Shown: piece after piece, positions 27,485-40,543 of the stretch
How positions within the stretch are numbered: position 1 is the stretch's first letter
How the letters are laid out: every line of letters begins with the position of its first letter
DNA from: Octopus vulgaris
Taxonomy: Eukaryota
Assembly (NCBI GenBank): GCA_951406725.2
Contig: OX597828.1
Span: 52,080,001-52,144,000, forward strand
DNA: 64,000 nt
Direction: 5' to 3'
Position numbers and translations under genes: made by a program
Notes under the pieces: model-generated
The model's database searches: none
Told to the model about the DNA's origin: nothing
Seen by the model: only the letters and a program-made list of their open reading frames with translations

Positions 27485-28088
27485 GTTTGGAAACACGTTT
27501 ACATACACACACACATATACTAATACCGTGTCATCCACGCACACATAATCACCACTGTCCCGCCACTTCCTCTAACATCCTCGTCTCTAACAAACACGTC
27601 ACGTGTCCAAATTCTCGACAAGAAATCCCATTCGTTAAGCGATGCTGTCATCTAAGTCACGTGTACACGTTGGAAATACTGTTTACGATTGCGTGTAGGA
27701 AGCAGCGCGGGGTAAAGCGTGAATGTGTGCATGTGTGTCAAGTGTATATATGCACGTATTTCTCTGTGTTTGTGATGTGCATTTATATGTGTATTTATAT
27801 ACGCATCTGTAATATAGTTGTATGTATGTGTGCACGTCTGTGTAATCATGTTTATCCATGTGGGCTGATATGTTGTACGTGTGTTTGTATTCTATAACTG
27901 TGTTTTGTAACTGTGGAGCATATGCGGAGTGTTGTGTGTGTGTGTGTGTGTGCGTGTGTGTAAACGGAGAAGGAAGTACGCATGCGTGCGTGGTTGTAAG
28001 TGACGGAAGCTGCGTTATTTTTGTAAGTGTCCAACATATTGCTCAGCCACAATTTGTCTGAATATATAGGTTTGCTTGTCTATTTGTA

Positions 28089-28163
<75 letters not shown>

Positions 28164-28290
28164 ATGTGTGTCTGTCTGTCTGCATGTCTGTCTGTCTGCC
28201 TGTCTGCCTGTCTGCCTGTCTGTCTGTCTATCTATCTATCTATCTTTATATATATATATCTATCCATCTATCTATCTGTCTGTCTCTCTT

Positions 28291-28355
<65 letters not shown>

Positions 28356-28811
28356 ATATATATTTATCTATCTATCAATCTATCTGTCTATCTGCGCAAA
28401 TTTCTCTCTGTCTAACCATGTGTCTATCCACCTTACTTTCTAAGACTGCCTAACTATTTCTTAATTTTAGTTTATCTAATAACTATTTCTATCTAACAAT
28501 TTCTCTTTACATATCTCACTCAGCGTATTTAATTATATCTTTTTAACATATAGTCTATCTGCCTGACTATCAACATATTTGTATCGACCAATAAATCTCA
28601 GTCTATATCTATTTATCTATTAGTCTATATTTCTCAAACGTAACTCCTACCTACCTGTCAGTCTACATATCGATGACTGTCAATCATCCTCTGCCTATAT
28701 CTGCATGTTTGGCCATGTTTTTTTCCATATCTTTCTTTGATTAACTATACTCTTATATCTACCTGCCTGCTTGTCTATCAGTCCGTCTGTCTGCGTGTCT
28801 GTCTCTGTCTG

Positions 28812-28889
<78 letters not shown>

Positions 28890-28891
<2 letters not shown>

Positions 28892-29900
28892 GGGCATGCC
28901 GTGGTTGATGATGCGCAGACATCCGCTGAGACTGCAACATCACCGGCGCTTCATAGACGACGGTGAACATGTGTGGTCGCCATTTGTGCGGCGCGCTTTC
29001 CAGCAGCTCGTCTCATTGACCGAACTGCAGTTGTGGATCAATCAGAGACCAAGGTTAAGCGAATGGCACCGCGAGTGTCGCGTTGCTCTCAAGCAAGTCT
29101 GCCGTCCGGGACCAAACTTGTGCAACTTCATTACAACAAAGGCATTCTACAGAGAATTAGTGGAGGGGAGGTGCGACGACGTTCTCGGGCAGAATTCTAG
29201 GCGTCAACGAGGAACACCTGACCCGCCTGTTCAGGAAAACTTTCGGGCCGGGACCTATGGACAATCACTAAATATCCCTGTTCTGGCAGTGCTATCGAGA
29301 AGCATTACCCGTTCGGGATTAGCTCTACAGGCACGGTTCGAGACACACCGGACCGACTTGCTCGAGATGCGGTGAGAGCGACGACCTTCCGTTCTGCAGG
29401 CACTCCTGCAGTGTCCAACCATTTCAGACCTGTGGGCTTATGCCGAACGGCTGCTGTCACGTGTGGGACGAGTTCGCTTGTCGGCCGAGTCTATCGTGAA
29501 AATTACTCCGCCACCTTCTCTCAACCGTGAAGGCAACGCAGTGTTCATTGTACTGGTGGCCATGGTGAAAGAATGTGAGTGGTGGACTAGAGCAAAAGGA
29601 TTAGAAGCAAACACTTACCTCTCTGGCCAATCGCTCATCAACTTTTTCAAGTACCACTTGAAAAGGAAGGTGAGAATGGAGAGGCAGGTTTTGTCTCGTG
29701 AAAGTTTCAAAAAAAGGTGGATGAATGTAGCAAAGTGACGAAACCACTTTGAGCATGATCCTTTAAATCGAAAAAAGAAAGAGAGGGAGCACTTTGCTCT
29801 CATGTGTTTATTCCCTCCCTGCCTGAGGTTACCGTGGTCTTTTCCTTAAGCTTTTCTTTCTACGGATAAACTTAATCTGGTTTTTTACATTTTTAAGATT
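28890..29900 (+). mobile_element. L1/Tx1-like LINE, 3' part of ORF2 plus 3' UTR (pseudogenised)
   Basis: LGMPWL..; WQCYREALPVRD*LYRHG..CSRCGE..LLQCP (zf-RVT/CCHC-type region); ends RKVRMERQVLSRESFKKRWMNVAK* at 29738; frameshifts and stops. Confidence 0.8.
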
Positions 29901-29934
29901 CTTATGTGATACACAATTTCTTTTGATCCCTCCT

Positions 29935-30690
29935 ACTTTTTTTTGTAATGAAGTCACACAAGTTTGGTCCTGGACGGCAGAGTTGCTTGAGAACAAAGCG
30001 ACACTTCTGGTGCCATTCGCCTAGCCTCGGTCTCTGTTTGATCAACGACTGCAGTTCGATCAATGAGACGAGCTGCGGGAAAGCGCGCCGCACAAACGGT
30101 GACCACACCTGCTCACCGTCATCTATGAAGTGCCGGAGATGTCGCAGTTTCAGCGGATGTCTGCGCATCATCAACCACAGCATACCTAGCCCTCCATTTA
30201 GCGGGTGTTGACAGCAAATGGATCGCCTAACAATCGGGACGCTTCCCTTCCACAAGAAACGGAAGAGTGTGCGTTCCAGTTTGGTGATAGTAGGGTCGGG
30301 ACAAGGTACGACGGTCAGACGGTACTCGATGACGGATGCGATGTACTCGTTCGCCACCTCCGTCCGACCTTTTAAGGATAGCTTCCTCTCGGCCCCTTGC
30401 TGGGTGAGAGTGGCCACCCTAGTCATTATTTCGCCCCCAGTTCTTCTCCATTTGGAGATCCGGACCGATCCAGCGTCCCACGATGGAGACTCTGTTGGAC
30501 GGCATGAATTTGTTTCTCCAGGTGCCGAGCCGCAAGCCCTCTGACTTTTCCCGGTTAATTTTTGCTCTTGTTACCTTTAGTGTCTCGCCGACCAGGTCAA
30601 TGTGTTTGTGGCTCGACACTATGACGCTGACGTCGTCCGCATATGCAGACATGCTCCTCCCGCATCCCAGCTCTCGTGGGATGCCTCTCA
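29935..30690 (-). mobile_element. L1/Tx1-like LINE ORF2 RT fragment
   Basis: SAYADDVSV...AKINREKSEGLRLG...RKLSLKGR...LFRFLWKG...HPLNGGLGM; its last ~255 bp are homologous to 28890-29150. Confidence 0.85.
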
Positions 30691-30857
<167 letters not shown>

Positions 30858-31464
30858 GCATAAACCGGTTAAATTCATGACTATCACTGACATACACCAG
30901 GAAAGAAATTTTAAAGGATCAGATATAAAAAGTAGAACGATAGACGGACAGGTACAAAGACATATTTTGTCAAAGGGAGTCGCTGTATTGGCTGAGTGGT
31001 TAAGCATTGAGTAGTAAACCTTCCATATTGTTCCAAATATCTCTGCTCTGATTTCAGAGTCTGCCATGGTAATAAAGTTTGTCTTTCATTCTTCAGGATC
31101 GTTAAAATAAGTAATCGAACCAGACATGACACCTTGTGGTATTTTGTTACAGCCCTTTGCATTTTGAGTTCAAGTCTGACCATGGTCTAGTTTGGTGGTG
31201 AGCTTAATCGCCTTCCTGGTTTAACGTCACCACCAGCACATAGAATATCTTCCTTCCTTCCTTCCTTCTGTCTCAGATCCCAATAAAGAGTAATAGGCGC
31301 TGCCCTTTTTCCTCTTGAATAACAGCAACACATATTGAGGAATGATATCACAGGACTGAACTCAGAACATAAGGAGACATGGCGCTTGATGTGCGACATT
31401 TTGCTCCTCGACAGAATCGGTCAATCGTAGGTCGTAGCAATAAATAATAATGTTAATGATTTTA

Positions 31465-31672
31465 AATTTCGGATAAGGTCAAGAATTTTAAGGGAAGGGT
31501 TTAGTAAAGTCCATAAGCCCTTCTACTTGACGGGTACTTTATTTTATAAAACCCCGAAAGGATAAAAAGCAAAGTTATCCTCGGTGAAATTTGAACTGAG
31601 AAATTCAAGAACGGAAAGATATACCGCTAAGCATTTTGTCCGACGCGCTAACGGTGCTGCTAACTCGCCACC
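31465..31672 (-). mobile_element. Diverged SINE family C copy seeding the tandem array
   Basis: CCCCGAAAGGATAAAAAGCAAAGTTATCCTCGGTGAAATTTGAACT...GCTAAGCATTTTGTCCGACGCGCTAAC...CTCGCCACC. Confidence 0.7.
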
Positions 31673-33338
31673 CTAATACAAATCCTTCCTACACTTGACA
31701 CAAGGTCTAAAAGATTGGTGGAAGAGGGCTAGTCAAACACAGTGCTCAACAGGTACGTATTTATTGACCCTGAAACAATGACAGGCAAACGACCTCAGTT
31801 CTATTTGAACCCAGAACATACAGCCGAAAGAAATGCTGCTAAGCATTTTGTCCGACGCGCTAACGGTGCTGCTAACTCGCCACCCTAATACAAATCCTTC
31901 CTACACTTGACACAAGGTCTAAAAGATTGGTGGAAGAGGGCTAGTCAAACACAGTGCTCAACAGGTACGTATTTATTGACCCTGAAACAATGACAGGCAA
32001 ACGACCTCAGTTCTATTTGAACCCAGAACATACAGCCGAAAGAAATGCTGCTAAGCATTTTGTCCGACGCGCTAACGGTGCTGCTAACTCGCCACCCTAA
32101 TACAAATCCTTCCTACACTTGACACAAGGTCTAAAAGATTGGTGGAAGAGGGCTAGTCAAACACAGTGCTCAACAGGTACGTATTTATTGACCCTGAAAC
32201 AATGACAGGCAAACGACCTCAGTTCTATTTGAACCCAGAACATACAGCCGAAAGAAATGCTGCTAAGCATTTTGTCCGACGCGCTGACGGTGCTGCTAAC
32301 TCGCCACCCTAATACAAATCCTTCCTACACTTGACACAAGGTCTAAAAGATTGGTGGAAGAGGGCTAGTCAAACACAGTGCTCAACAGGTACGTATTTAT
32401 TGACCCTGAAACAATGACAGGCAAACGACCTCAGTTCTATTTGAACCCAGAACATACAGCCGAAAGAAATGCTGCTAAGCATTTTGTCCGACGCGCTAAC
32501 GGTGCTGCTAACTCGCCACCCTAATACAAATCCTTCCTACACTTGACACAAGGTCTAAAAGATTGGTGGAAGAGGGCTAGTCAAACACAGTGCTCAACAG
32601 GTACGTATTTATTGACCCTGAAACAATGACAGGCAAACGACCTCAGTTCTATTTGAACCCAGAACATACAGCCGAAAGAAATGCTGCTAAGCATTTTGTC
32701 CGACGCGCTAACGGTGCTGCTAACTCGCCACCCTAATACAAATCCTTCCTACACTTGACACAAGGTCTAAAAGATTGGTGGAAGAGGGCTAGTCAAACAC
32801 AGTGCTCAACAGGTACGTATTTATTGACCCTGAAACAATGACAGGCAAACGACCTCAGTTCTATTTGAACCCAGAACATACAGCCGAAAGAAATGCTGCT
32901 AAGCATTTTGTCCGACGCGCTAACGGTGCTGCTAACTCGCCACCCTAATACAAATCCTTCCTACACTTGACACAAGGTCTAAAAGATTGGTGGAAGAGGG
33001 CTAGTCAAACACAGTGCTCAACAGGTACGTATTTATTGACCCTGAAACAATGACAGGCAAACGACCTCAGTTCTATTTGAACCCAGAACATACAGCCGAA
33101 AGAAATGCTGCTAAGCATTTTGTCCGACGCGCTAACGGTGCTGCTAACTCGCCACCCTAATACAAATCCTTCCTACACTTGACACAAGGTCTAAAAGATT
33201 GGTGGAAGAGGGCTAGTCAAACACAGTGCTCAACAGGTACGTATTTATTGACCCTGAAACAATGACAGGCAAACGACCTCAGTTCTATTTGAACCCAGAA
33301 CATACAGCCGAAAGAAATGCTGCTAAGCATTTTGTCCG
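31627..33338. repeat. Tandem array of 8 x 212-bp SINE-derived units plus a partial unit
   Basis: CTAAGCATTTTGTCCG recurs at 31627, 31839, 32051, 32263, 32475, 32687, 32899, 33111, 33323; units almost identical (one A>G seen near 32286). Confidence 0.97.
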
Positions 33339-33399
33339 TCAAACGACTCTGCCAGCTTTGCCGCCTTCACCATATAGGTAGGGGAGGAGGAAAACTAGA

Positions 33400-33760
33400 A
33401 GGCGAAGAAAAGAAAAAGAAAGAGAAGAAGAAGAAGAAGAACAACAACAACAACAAGAGGAAGAAGAACAATAAGAAGAAGAAAAAGAAGAGAATGAAGA
33501 GTAGGAGTAAGACAAGAAGAAGCAGACGACGACGACGACGAAGAAGAAGAACAACAACAACAATAGGAAGAAGAAGAAGAAGAAGAAGAAGAAGAAGAAG
33601 AAGAGAATGAAGAGTAGGAGTAAGACAAGAAGAAACAGACGACGACGAAGAAGAAGAAGAAGAAGAAGAAGAAGAAGAAGAAGAAGAAGAAGAAGAAGAA
33701 GAAGAAGAAGAAGAAGAAGAAGAAGAAGAAGAAGAAGAAGAAGAAGAAGAAGAAGAAGAA
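33400..33760. repeat. (GAA)n-rich purine tract with an internal ~45-bp duplication
   Basis: GAAGAGAATGAAGAGTAGGAGTAAGACAAGAAGAA at ~33487 and ~33600. Confidence 0.9.
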
Positions 33761-34279
33761 ATAAAGTATGTGGAAGAAAATTATGAAACGTGAAGTGGAA
33801 GGTGTAGAGGACAACAAAGGCGACGGAATGATGGGGAAGGGTCTGGGCGGGAAGATTTAGATCAGAACAAATTGCGATTAAAGGCCGCCATATTGCACGA
33901 AATAAAGTGTCATGGCGCGTGCAATGGCGTCCGATGCTGCAACACCACGTGACCTCACTATTTCGGAAACGGTGGTTGGTGTGGATACGAGGAGGGTGTC
34001 AAGTACAAAATATATGAAATTTGGAAAAGAGAGAGAGAGAGAGAGGGGGAGAGAGAGAGACATAGAAGTGAGGGATGGGTGGGTAAGAGAAGGAAAAAAG
34101 GGGTTGGTATGAAGGTGTGCAATGAGAAGATGGTGGAGGGGCAGGGGGGGGGGGAAACAGGGGGAAAAGAAGATGGAGGTGTAGAACGTGTTATGAGCGT
34201 TACAAGTCGCCAGATGGGAATATTTGCGATGGCTTTAGCAGACTTCAGCACCGGGCCGTCGTTGCAACCGACGACACGA

Positions 34280-34650
34280 CCACCACCACCAAGACCACCA
34301 CCACCACCATCGCCACCACCACCATAACATTACTATTGTCACGTCACTAAAATCGCCGACACTCTTACCATCCTCATTCTCCTCCTCCTCCTCCTCATCA
34401 TCATCATCATTTTCACCATCGCTTACTCCAGCCACCTTTCAACATTACCACCTACACCACGTTCACCACCAACGCCTACACCACCACCACCACCACCACC
34501 ACCGCCACCACCACCACCACCGCCACCACCACCACCACCGCCACCAACACCACCACCACCACCACCGCCACCACAACTATCCTCATCGTCACCACCACAA
34601 CCACCACCATCACATCCAATAGTAAGACAACTACAACAGCTACAACAACA

Positions 34651-34715
<65 letters not shown>

Positions 34716-34911
34716 AATCATAATTTCTACCACCAAAACCACCACCACTACCATCATCATCATCATCAAACTGAAAACACTAATGTCGTTAACAATAACA
34801 CAACGTTGAACTCCGCCACCATTGCCTTCACCACCACCAACGCCACCACCACCACCACCACCACCACCACCACAACAACAACAACAACAACAATAACAGC
34901 TGGAACAAAAG

Positions 34912-34973
<62 letters not shown>

Positions 34974-35012
34974 GCCACCACTACTACCACTACTACTACG
35001 CCGCCGCCATCA
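34280..35012. repeat. Compound (CCA)/(CTA)/(CTG)/(CAT)/(CAA) tract
   Basis: Directly visible. Confidence 0.9.
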
Positions 35013-35658
35013 AACCACCATTCTGTCAAAGATGAACCAGTATAACCACAGTCCATTGGGGCTACTAACTTTGAAAAGTCGCGAAAGTCACGTGATGGAA
35101 AGCGGGTGCGTCTCCATCTTTACCCACCCTCAACTTTCACTTTTATCTACATGCACACACGTACACACACACACATACACATATACAGACACATTCGTAC
35201 ACACACTCACGCGCACGCACACATATATACATTCATGCGGGCGCGAAAATGCACACCACTCGTTTCTACTCGCACACATGCTCCTACACTCACACTCGCA
35301 CACACGCACACTTGCACATAAACATACTCGTACACACAGGCACGCGCTTATATTTACATGCATACGCACACCTACCCGTACACACACTCACAAACACAGA
35401 CATACACACATACACTTGCGCGCGCACACTTGGACACGTACTGGTAAACACACGCGCAGACTCAGAGGCACACTCGTGCTCATACACTCACACAGACACA
35501 CACCCGCACACACATTCCCACACACGCGCACACACAAACAAACACACACACATGCACACATACACAAACATAGTCACTACCACACACAACCGACAAGAGG
35601 TGCGCAAGACCGCATGTCATCTCAATTCGCGTTACATGCCGTATGTATGCGTATGCTC

Positions 35659-35703
<45 letters not shown>

Positions 35704-37566
35704 ATGACGTATTCATGTAACCACACACGCAAACACACACAAACACACACACACACACAATACACACACATATATATATATACAAATGCAGATGTATGTG
35801 TTCTGTGCGTGTGTGTGCATGTATATATTTAAATAGTGTGTATGCACACTCAGATATAATGTATTGTTTGTTCACATACATATATCTGTATATACGTGTA
35901 TGCTTATATAAGGACATTAATATGTATATATATGTGTATGTGCGTGATTGTATCAGCATGTATATACATATATATGTGTGTGTGTATATATATATGCATA
36001 TATATATACGTATACATATATACATACATATATGTATGTATACACACATACGTATATATGTATATATATATATATATGTGATATATATACATATATTCAC
36101 ACACATACCAGACACATACACACATGCATACCATACACACACACGCCAGGCACATACACGCCCCCACAAACACACACACACATATATATATACATACATG
36201 CATAAACATACATGCCACGCACACATACACAGACGCAGACACAGACGCACACGCACACACAGACATACGCACACTCAGACACACACAAACGCACACGCAC
36301 ACACGCACACACACACACACACACACGTATGTGCTATATCAGTCTAATTGCTTGCATATTCGGGTCTCCACAGACCGCGTTGTTAAGCGCTCCTTGTTTG
36401 TACAAAGCCTTGCTTGTTTGTGTGCGGTTTGTTTCGTTTGTCTCTGTGCGCATGTGCTTCATTTGCGCGTGTGACTTTTATTATGTTTTGCGCATGTATT
36501 TGTGCAAGCGAATGCGCGTGAGCGTTAATGTACGTCTGTGTGTGTGCGTAGGTGTGTGTGTGTGTGTGTGTGTATGCGTATATACATATACGAACGTGTG
36601 CGTTTTGCGAGGATTTCGTCAATAAGTGCTCGCTTGCGCAGAAACCGTTGCACTTGCGTGCATCAGCAGAATCGGTTGAGAGTAAATTCGAATCAATATC
36701 GTTTTTATTTTCTGTTCATTTAAAGACGACAAAGGTATGAACGTGGGATATTTTCTTTTACTTTGGAGTATATGCACGCATATACTCTCGCAAACACACG
36801 TATACACACACAGCCTTAAACATACACATTTACTCAAACACACACGCACATTCACATACACATAGTACTCGTACAGATTATTGGCAGACATATTTGCTTA
36901 CATAAACACACAATAGGAGGCAAGCTAACAAAGGAGTATGTGTTTATGGTGTGTGCGTGTATGTGTGTGCGTGCATGTATCTGTGCCTGTGTGTATGTGT
37001 ATGTATGTGCGTGTGCTTGTGTGTACGTGTATGTGTGTGCGTGTGTATGTATGTGTGCATGCGTCTGTGCGTATATATATATATATGTGTGTGTGTGTGT
37101 GCGTGTGCGTGTGTGCGCTTGTGTGTATCTGTGTGAGTGTGTGCGTATGTGCAAGTGTCTGTGCGTGTGTATATATGTGTGTGTGTGCAGGTACCTGTGC
37201 GTGTGTGTGTATATGTCTGTGTGTTTGTGTGTAAGACACAATATGGACAAAGGTGAAGATATTCCTGTCACAATCATGAACTCCCGATTTCGATTCTGCT
37301 GCGTGGCATCGTTTGCAAAATTCATTTTTTATTACCTCGAATCGATCCTTAGACAGAGAATGAAACTGGATCGATGGAAAACGCATAGGAGCTCTGTAGA
37401 CGGATTTACCTGTAATTCAAAGGTGCAGCCTGATTTCATTGTGTCTGGATGTCTTCACGTGTATGTGGAATACTCAACCACTTGTACTGTAATTCAATGA
37501 AATTGGGATTTTATTTGGTCGCACAAATGAATACATCTGATCAAGAATTTTGAAACATAGAAACAT

Positions 37567-37605
<39 letters not shown>

Positions 37606-37983
37606 GGCGCAATCGTGGCTGTGTGGTAAGAAGTTTCCAAACTACATGGTTCCGAGTTCAGTCTCACTGCGTGGCACCTTCTGCTATAGCCTTGGGCCGA
37701 TCAAAGCCTTGTGTACGGACTTGGTAGGCGGAAACTGAAAGAAGCCCATATTGTATATGTATGTGTGTGTATGAGTTCCCCCTACACAGAAACACATACA
37801 CACACGCACCGCTTGACGACCAGTGTTGGTGGGTTTACGTCCTAGTAAGTTAGGGGTTCAGCAAAGAGACCAACAGAATAAGTATCAGGCTTTAAAAAAT
37901 GTTCCTGGGTCGATATGATCGACAAAAGTTCTTCAAAGCGGTGCCCCATTATGCCCGCAGTTAGAAAGACTGAAAATAAAGAA
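37606..37983 (+). mobile_element. SINE family A, full length
   Basis: GGCGCAATCGTGGCTGTGTGGTAAGAAG head, GAGTTCAGTC B-box-like, GGAAACTGAAAGAAGCCC, tail to GACTGAAAATAAAGAA. Confidence 0.82.
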
Positions 37984-38179
37984 AGCATTGTAAATATTAG
38001 CGACGAAGGCAGCAGTAATACCAAATGGCACTCTTTATATTCTACTCAGCACGGATCGGTTGATAGAACGCCTTATTACTGCGGTATTCGCCTCTCATTT
38101 AGATGTTAAGTGCTATGAAACCTAGATATATCGTTAAGAAACGTGAATAGTCTAGCATTTACATACACATGTACGTAAA

Positions 38180-38651
<472 letters not shown>

Positions 38652-38961
38652 GTAGCTGTATGCTGTCAACTTAATGTGACAGTGCCATGAAGGGAATAAT
38701 ACTACTGCTATTTAGCCCTAGGAAGCAGCAATGCTTCCTGTCAGCCTTGACACATTTCCTGTGTTCTTATGTTTACAAGGGAGAGATAAGCACCCCCACC
38801 CAGCGACCAGAGAGTAGTTTCTGAGTCTTTGCTCGTCTTGACCCTGGAGTAGCATGGATTGCTAGTTGAAGATGCCCATCTAGTCCTTGTAAACATACAA
38901 TTATTCTAGTCAAATACATTCACTTATTTCAAAATAGAATTAATACATGAGAGATTTAAAA

Positions 38962-39024
<63 letters not shown>

Positions 39025-39074
39025 CATATATATACATATGTTATAATGTCTTGTTGTTGAGATAGGCTCTCTTT

Positions 39075-39156
39075 CTTTCCTGATGAGAAGATTGCATTTA
39101 CACCGTTTATTCCTTTGGAATAAAACCAATGTTGTCTTCGAAACATATGTCGAAAG
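39075..39156 (+). ncRNA. Intact type-I hammerhead ribozyme (Penelope-like/retrozyme type)
   Basis: CTTTC-CTGATGA-GAAGA..(TTTATTCC/GGAATAAA inner hairpin)..TCTTC-GAAAC-ATAT-GTC-GAAAG: all conserved core nucleotides present, 5-bp stem I, 5-bp basal stem II, palindromic ACATATGT stem/loop III; cleavage predicted after C39151. Confidence 0.85.
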
Positions 39157-39225
39157 TAAAAGAATTTTAATAACATCTTCGTTCAACTCCATTTATTTAC
39201 TTATACTACACAAATTACTGCACAT

Positions 39226-39270
39226 TAACCCGGAGTTTCTACCTTTGAATAAGTCGCTTCTTCAGGGTTA
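39226..39270 (-). ncRNA. Degenerate hammerhead motif (cleavage triplet lost)
   Basis: rc TAACC-CTGAAGA-...-GAAAC-TCCG-GGTTA; stem I intact, NUH missing, stem II poor. Confidence 0.35.
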
Positions 39271-39350
39271 CTTGCGTGAATTTTGCTACCCTGGTAACTG
39301 TTTATTGAATTTTCCACGTTAACGGTAAACAAAGGATAATTCATTTATCC

Positions 39351-39402
<52 letters not shown>

Positions 39403-39726
39403 GACTATGTATTGAATAATTTATTTAGCTGTCTTCACGGTCTTCCTTTTCGCTCTTTATAATACCACTCTACACATATATACGTACATGTATTCTCTTA
39501 ATTACAATTGACTCTTAATTACTGTGATAATGAATCCAAATCTCTAGGAATTAATCTGGGTGTTTTGAGATTATTACCAAGCATAATAAATAATACGCTT
39601 TTTTACGAATTCACTCGAATTAGAAACACTGTAAAATACACCAAACTTTTCTGCATAGCTATGTACATGTTCTGGTAAGATCTAAAATCTAACGAGAGGG
39701 TCCTGTTTAATGATGACTTTTTTTTT

Positions 39727-40543
39727 CTACTCAAGGCACAAGACCCGGAATTTTGTAGGGAGGGAGCCAGTCGATTAGATCGGCCCCAGTACGCAACTGG
39801 CATTTAATTTATCAAAACCGAAGGGATGAAAGGCAAAGTCGACCTCGACGGAATTTGAACTCAGAATGTAAAGACAGACGAAATACCTATTTCTTTACTG
39901 CCCACAAGGGGCTAAACACAGAGAGGACAAACAAGGACAGACAAACGGATTAAGTCGATTACATCAACCCCAGTGCGTAACTGGTACTTATTTAATCGAA
40001 ATGGCGGCGAGCTGGCAGGATCGTTAGCACGCTGGGCGAAATGCTTAGCGGTATTTCGTTTGCCGCTACGTTCTGAGTTCAAATTCCGCCGAGGTCGACT
40101 TTGCCTTTCATCCTTTTGGGGTCGTTTAAATAAGTACCAGTTACGCACTGGGGTCGATATAATCGACTTAATCCGTTTGTTTGTCCCCTCTGTGTTTAAC
40201 CCCTTGTGGGTAGTAAAGAAATAGGTACTTATTTAATCGACCCCGAAAGGACGAAAGGCAAAGTCGACCTCGGTGAAATTTAAACTCAGAACGTAAAGAC
40301 AGAGGAAATACCTATTTCTTTACTACCCACAAGGGGCTAAACACAGAGAGGACAAACAAGGACAGACAAACGGATTGAGTAGATTATATCGATCCCAGTG
40401 CGTAACTGGTACCTATTTAATCGACCCCGAAATGATGAAAGGCAAAGTCGACCTCGGCGGAATTTGAACTCAGAACATAGCGGCAGACGAAATATCGTTG
40501 AGCGTTTCGCCCGGAGTGCTAACGTTTCTGCCAGCTCGCCGCC
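39727..40543 (-). mobile_element. Multimeric SINE family C element
   Basis: Head at 40543, three successive Meta-like modules joined at AAAGAAATA|GGTATTTC, ending in the CTTGTGCC tail. Confidence 0.85.
40000..40223 (+). mobile_element. SINE family C monomer nested in antisense within another C element
   Basis: 17-bp TSD GGTACTTATTTAATCGA at 39983-39999 and 40224-40240. Confidence 0.88.

Noticed and set aside
31627-33338. CRISPR-like regular array
   Set aside because: Units are identical with no unique spacers, SINE-derived, eukaryotic context, no cas genes
34244-34262. RE1/NRSE-like TTCAGCACC
   Set aside because: Only a half site, and REST is not established in molluscs
35032-35832. 266-aa His/Thr-rich ORF
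   Set aside because: Degenerate (CA)n low-complexity sequence
37243-37500. 85-aa non-repetitive ORF (MDKGEDIPV...)
   Set aside because: No recognisable domain or splice support; compatible with chance
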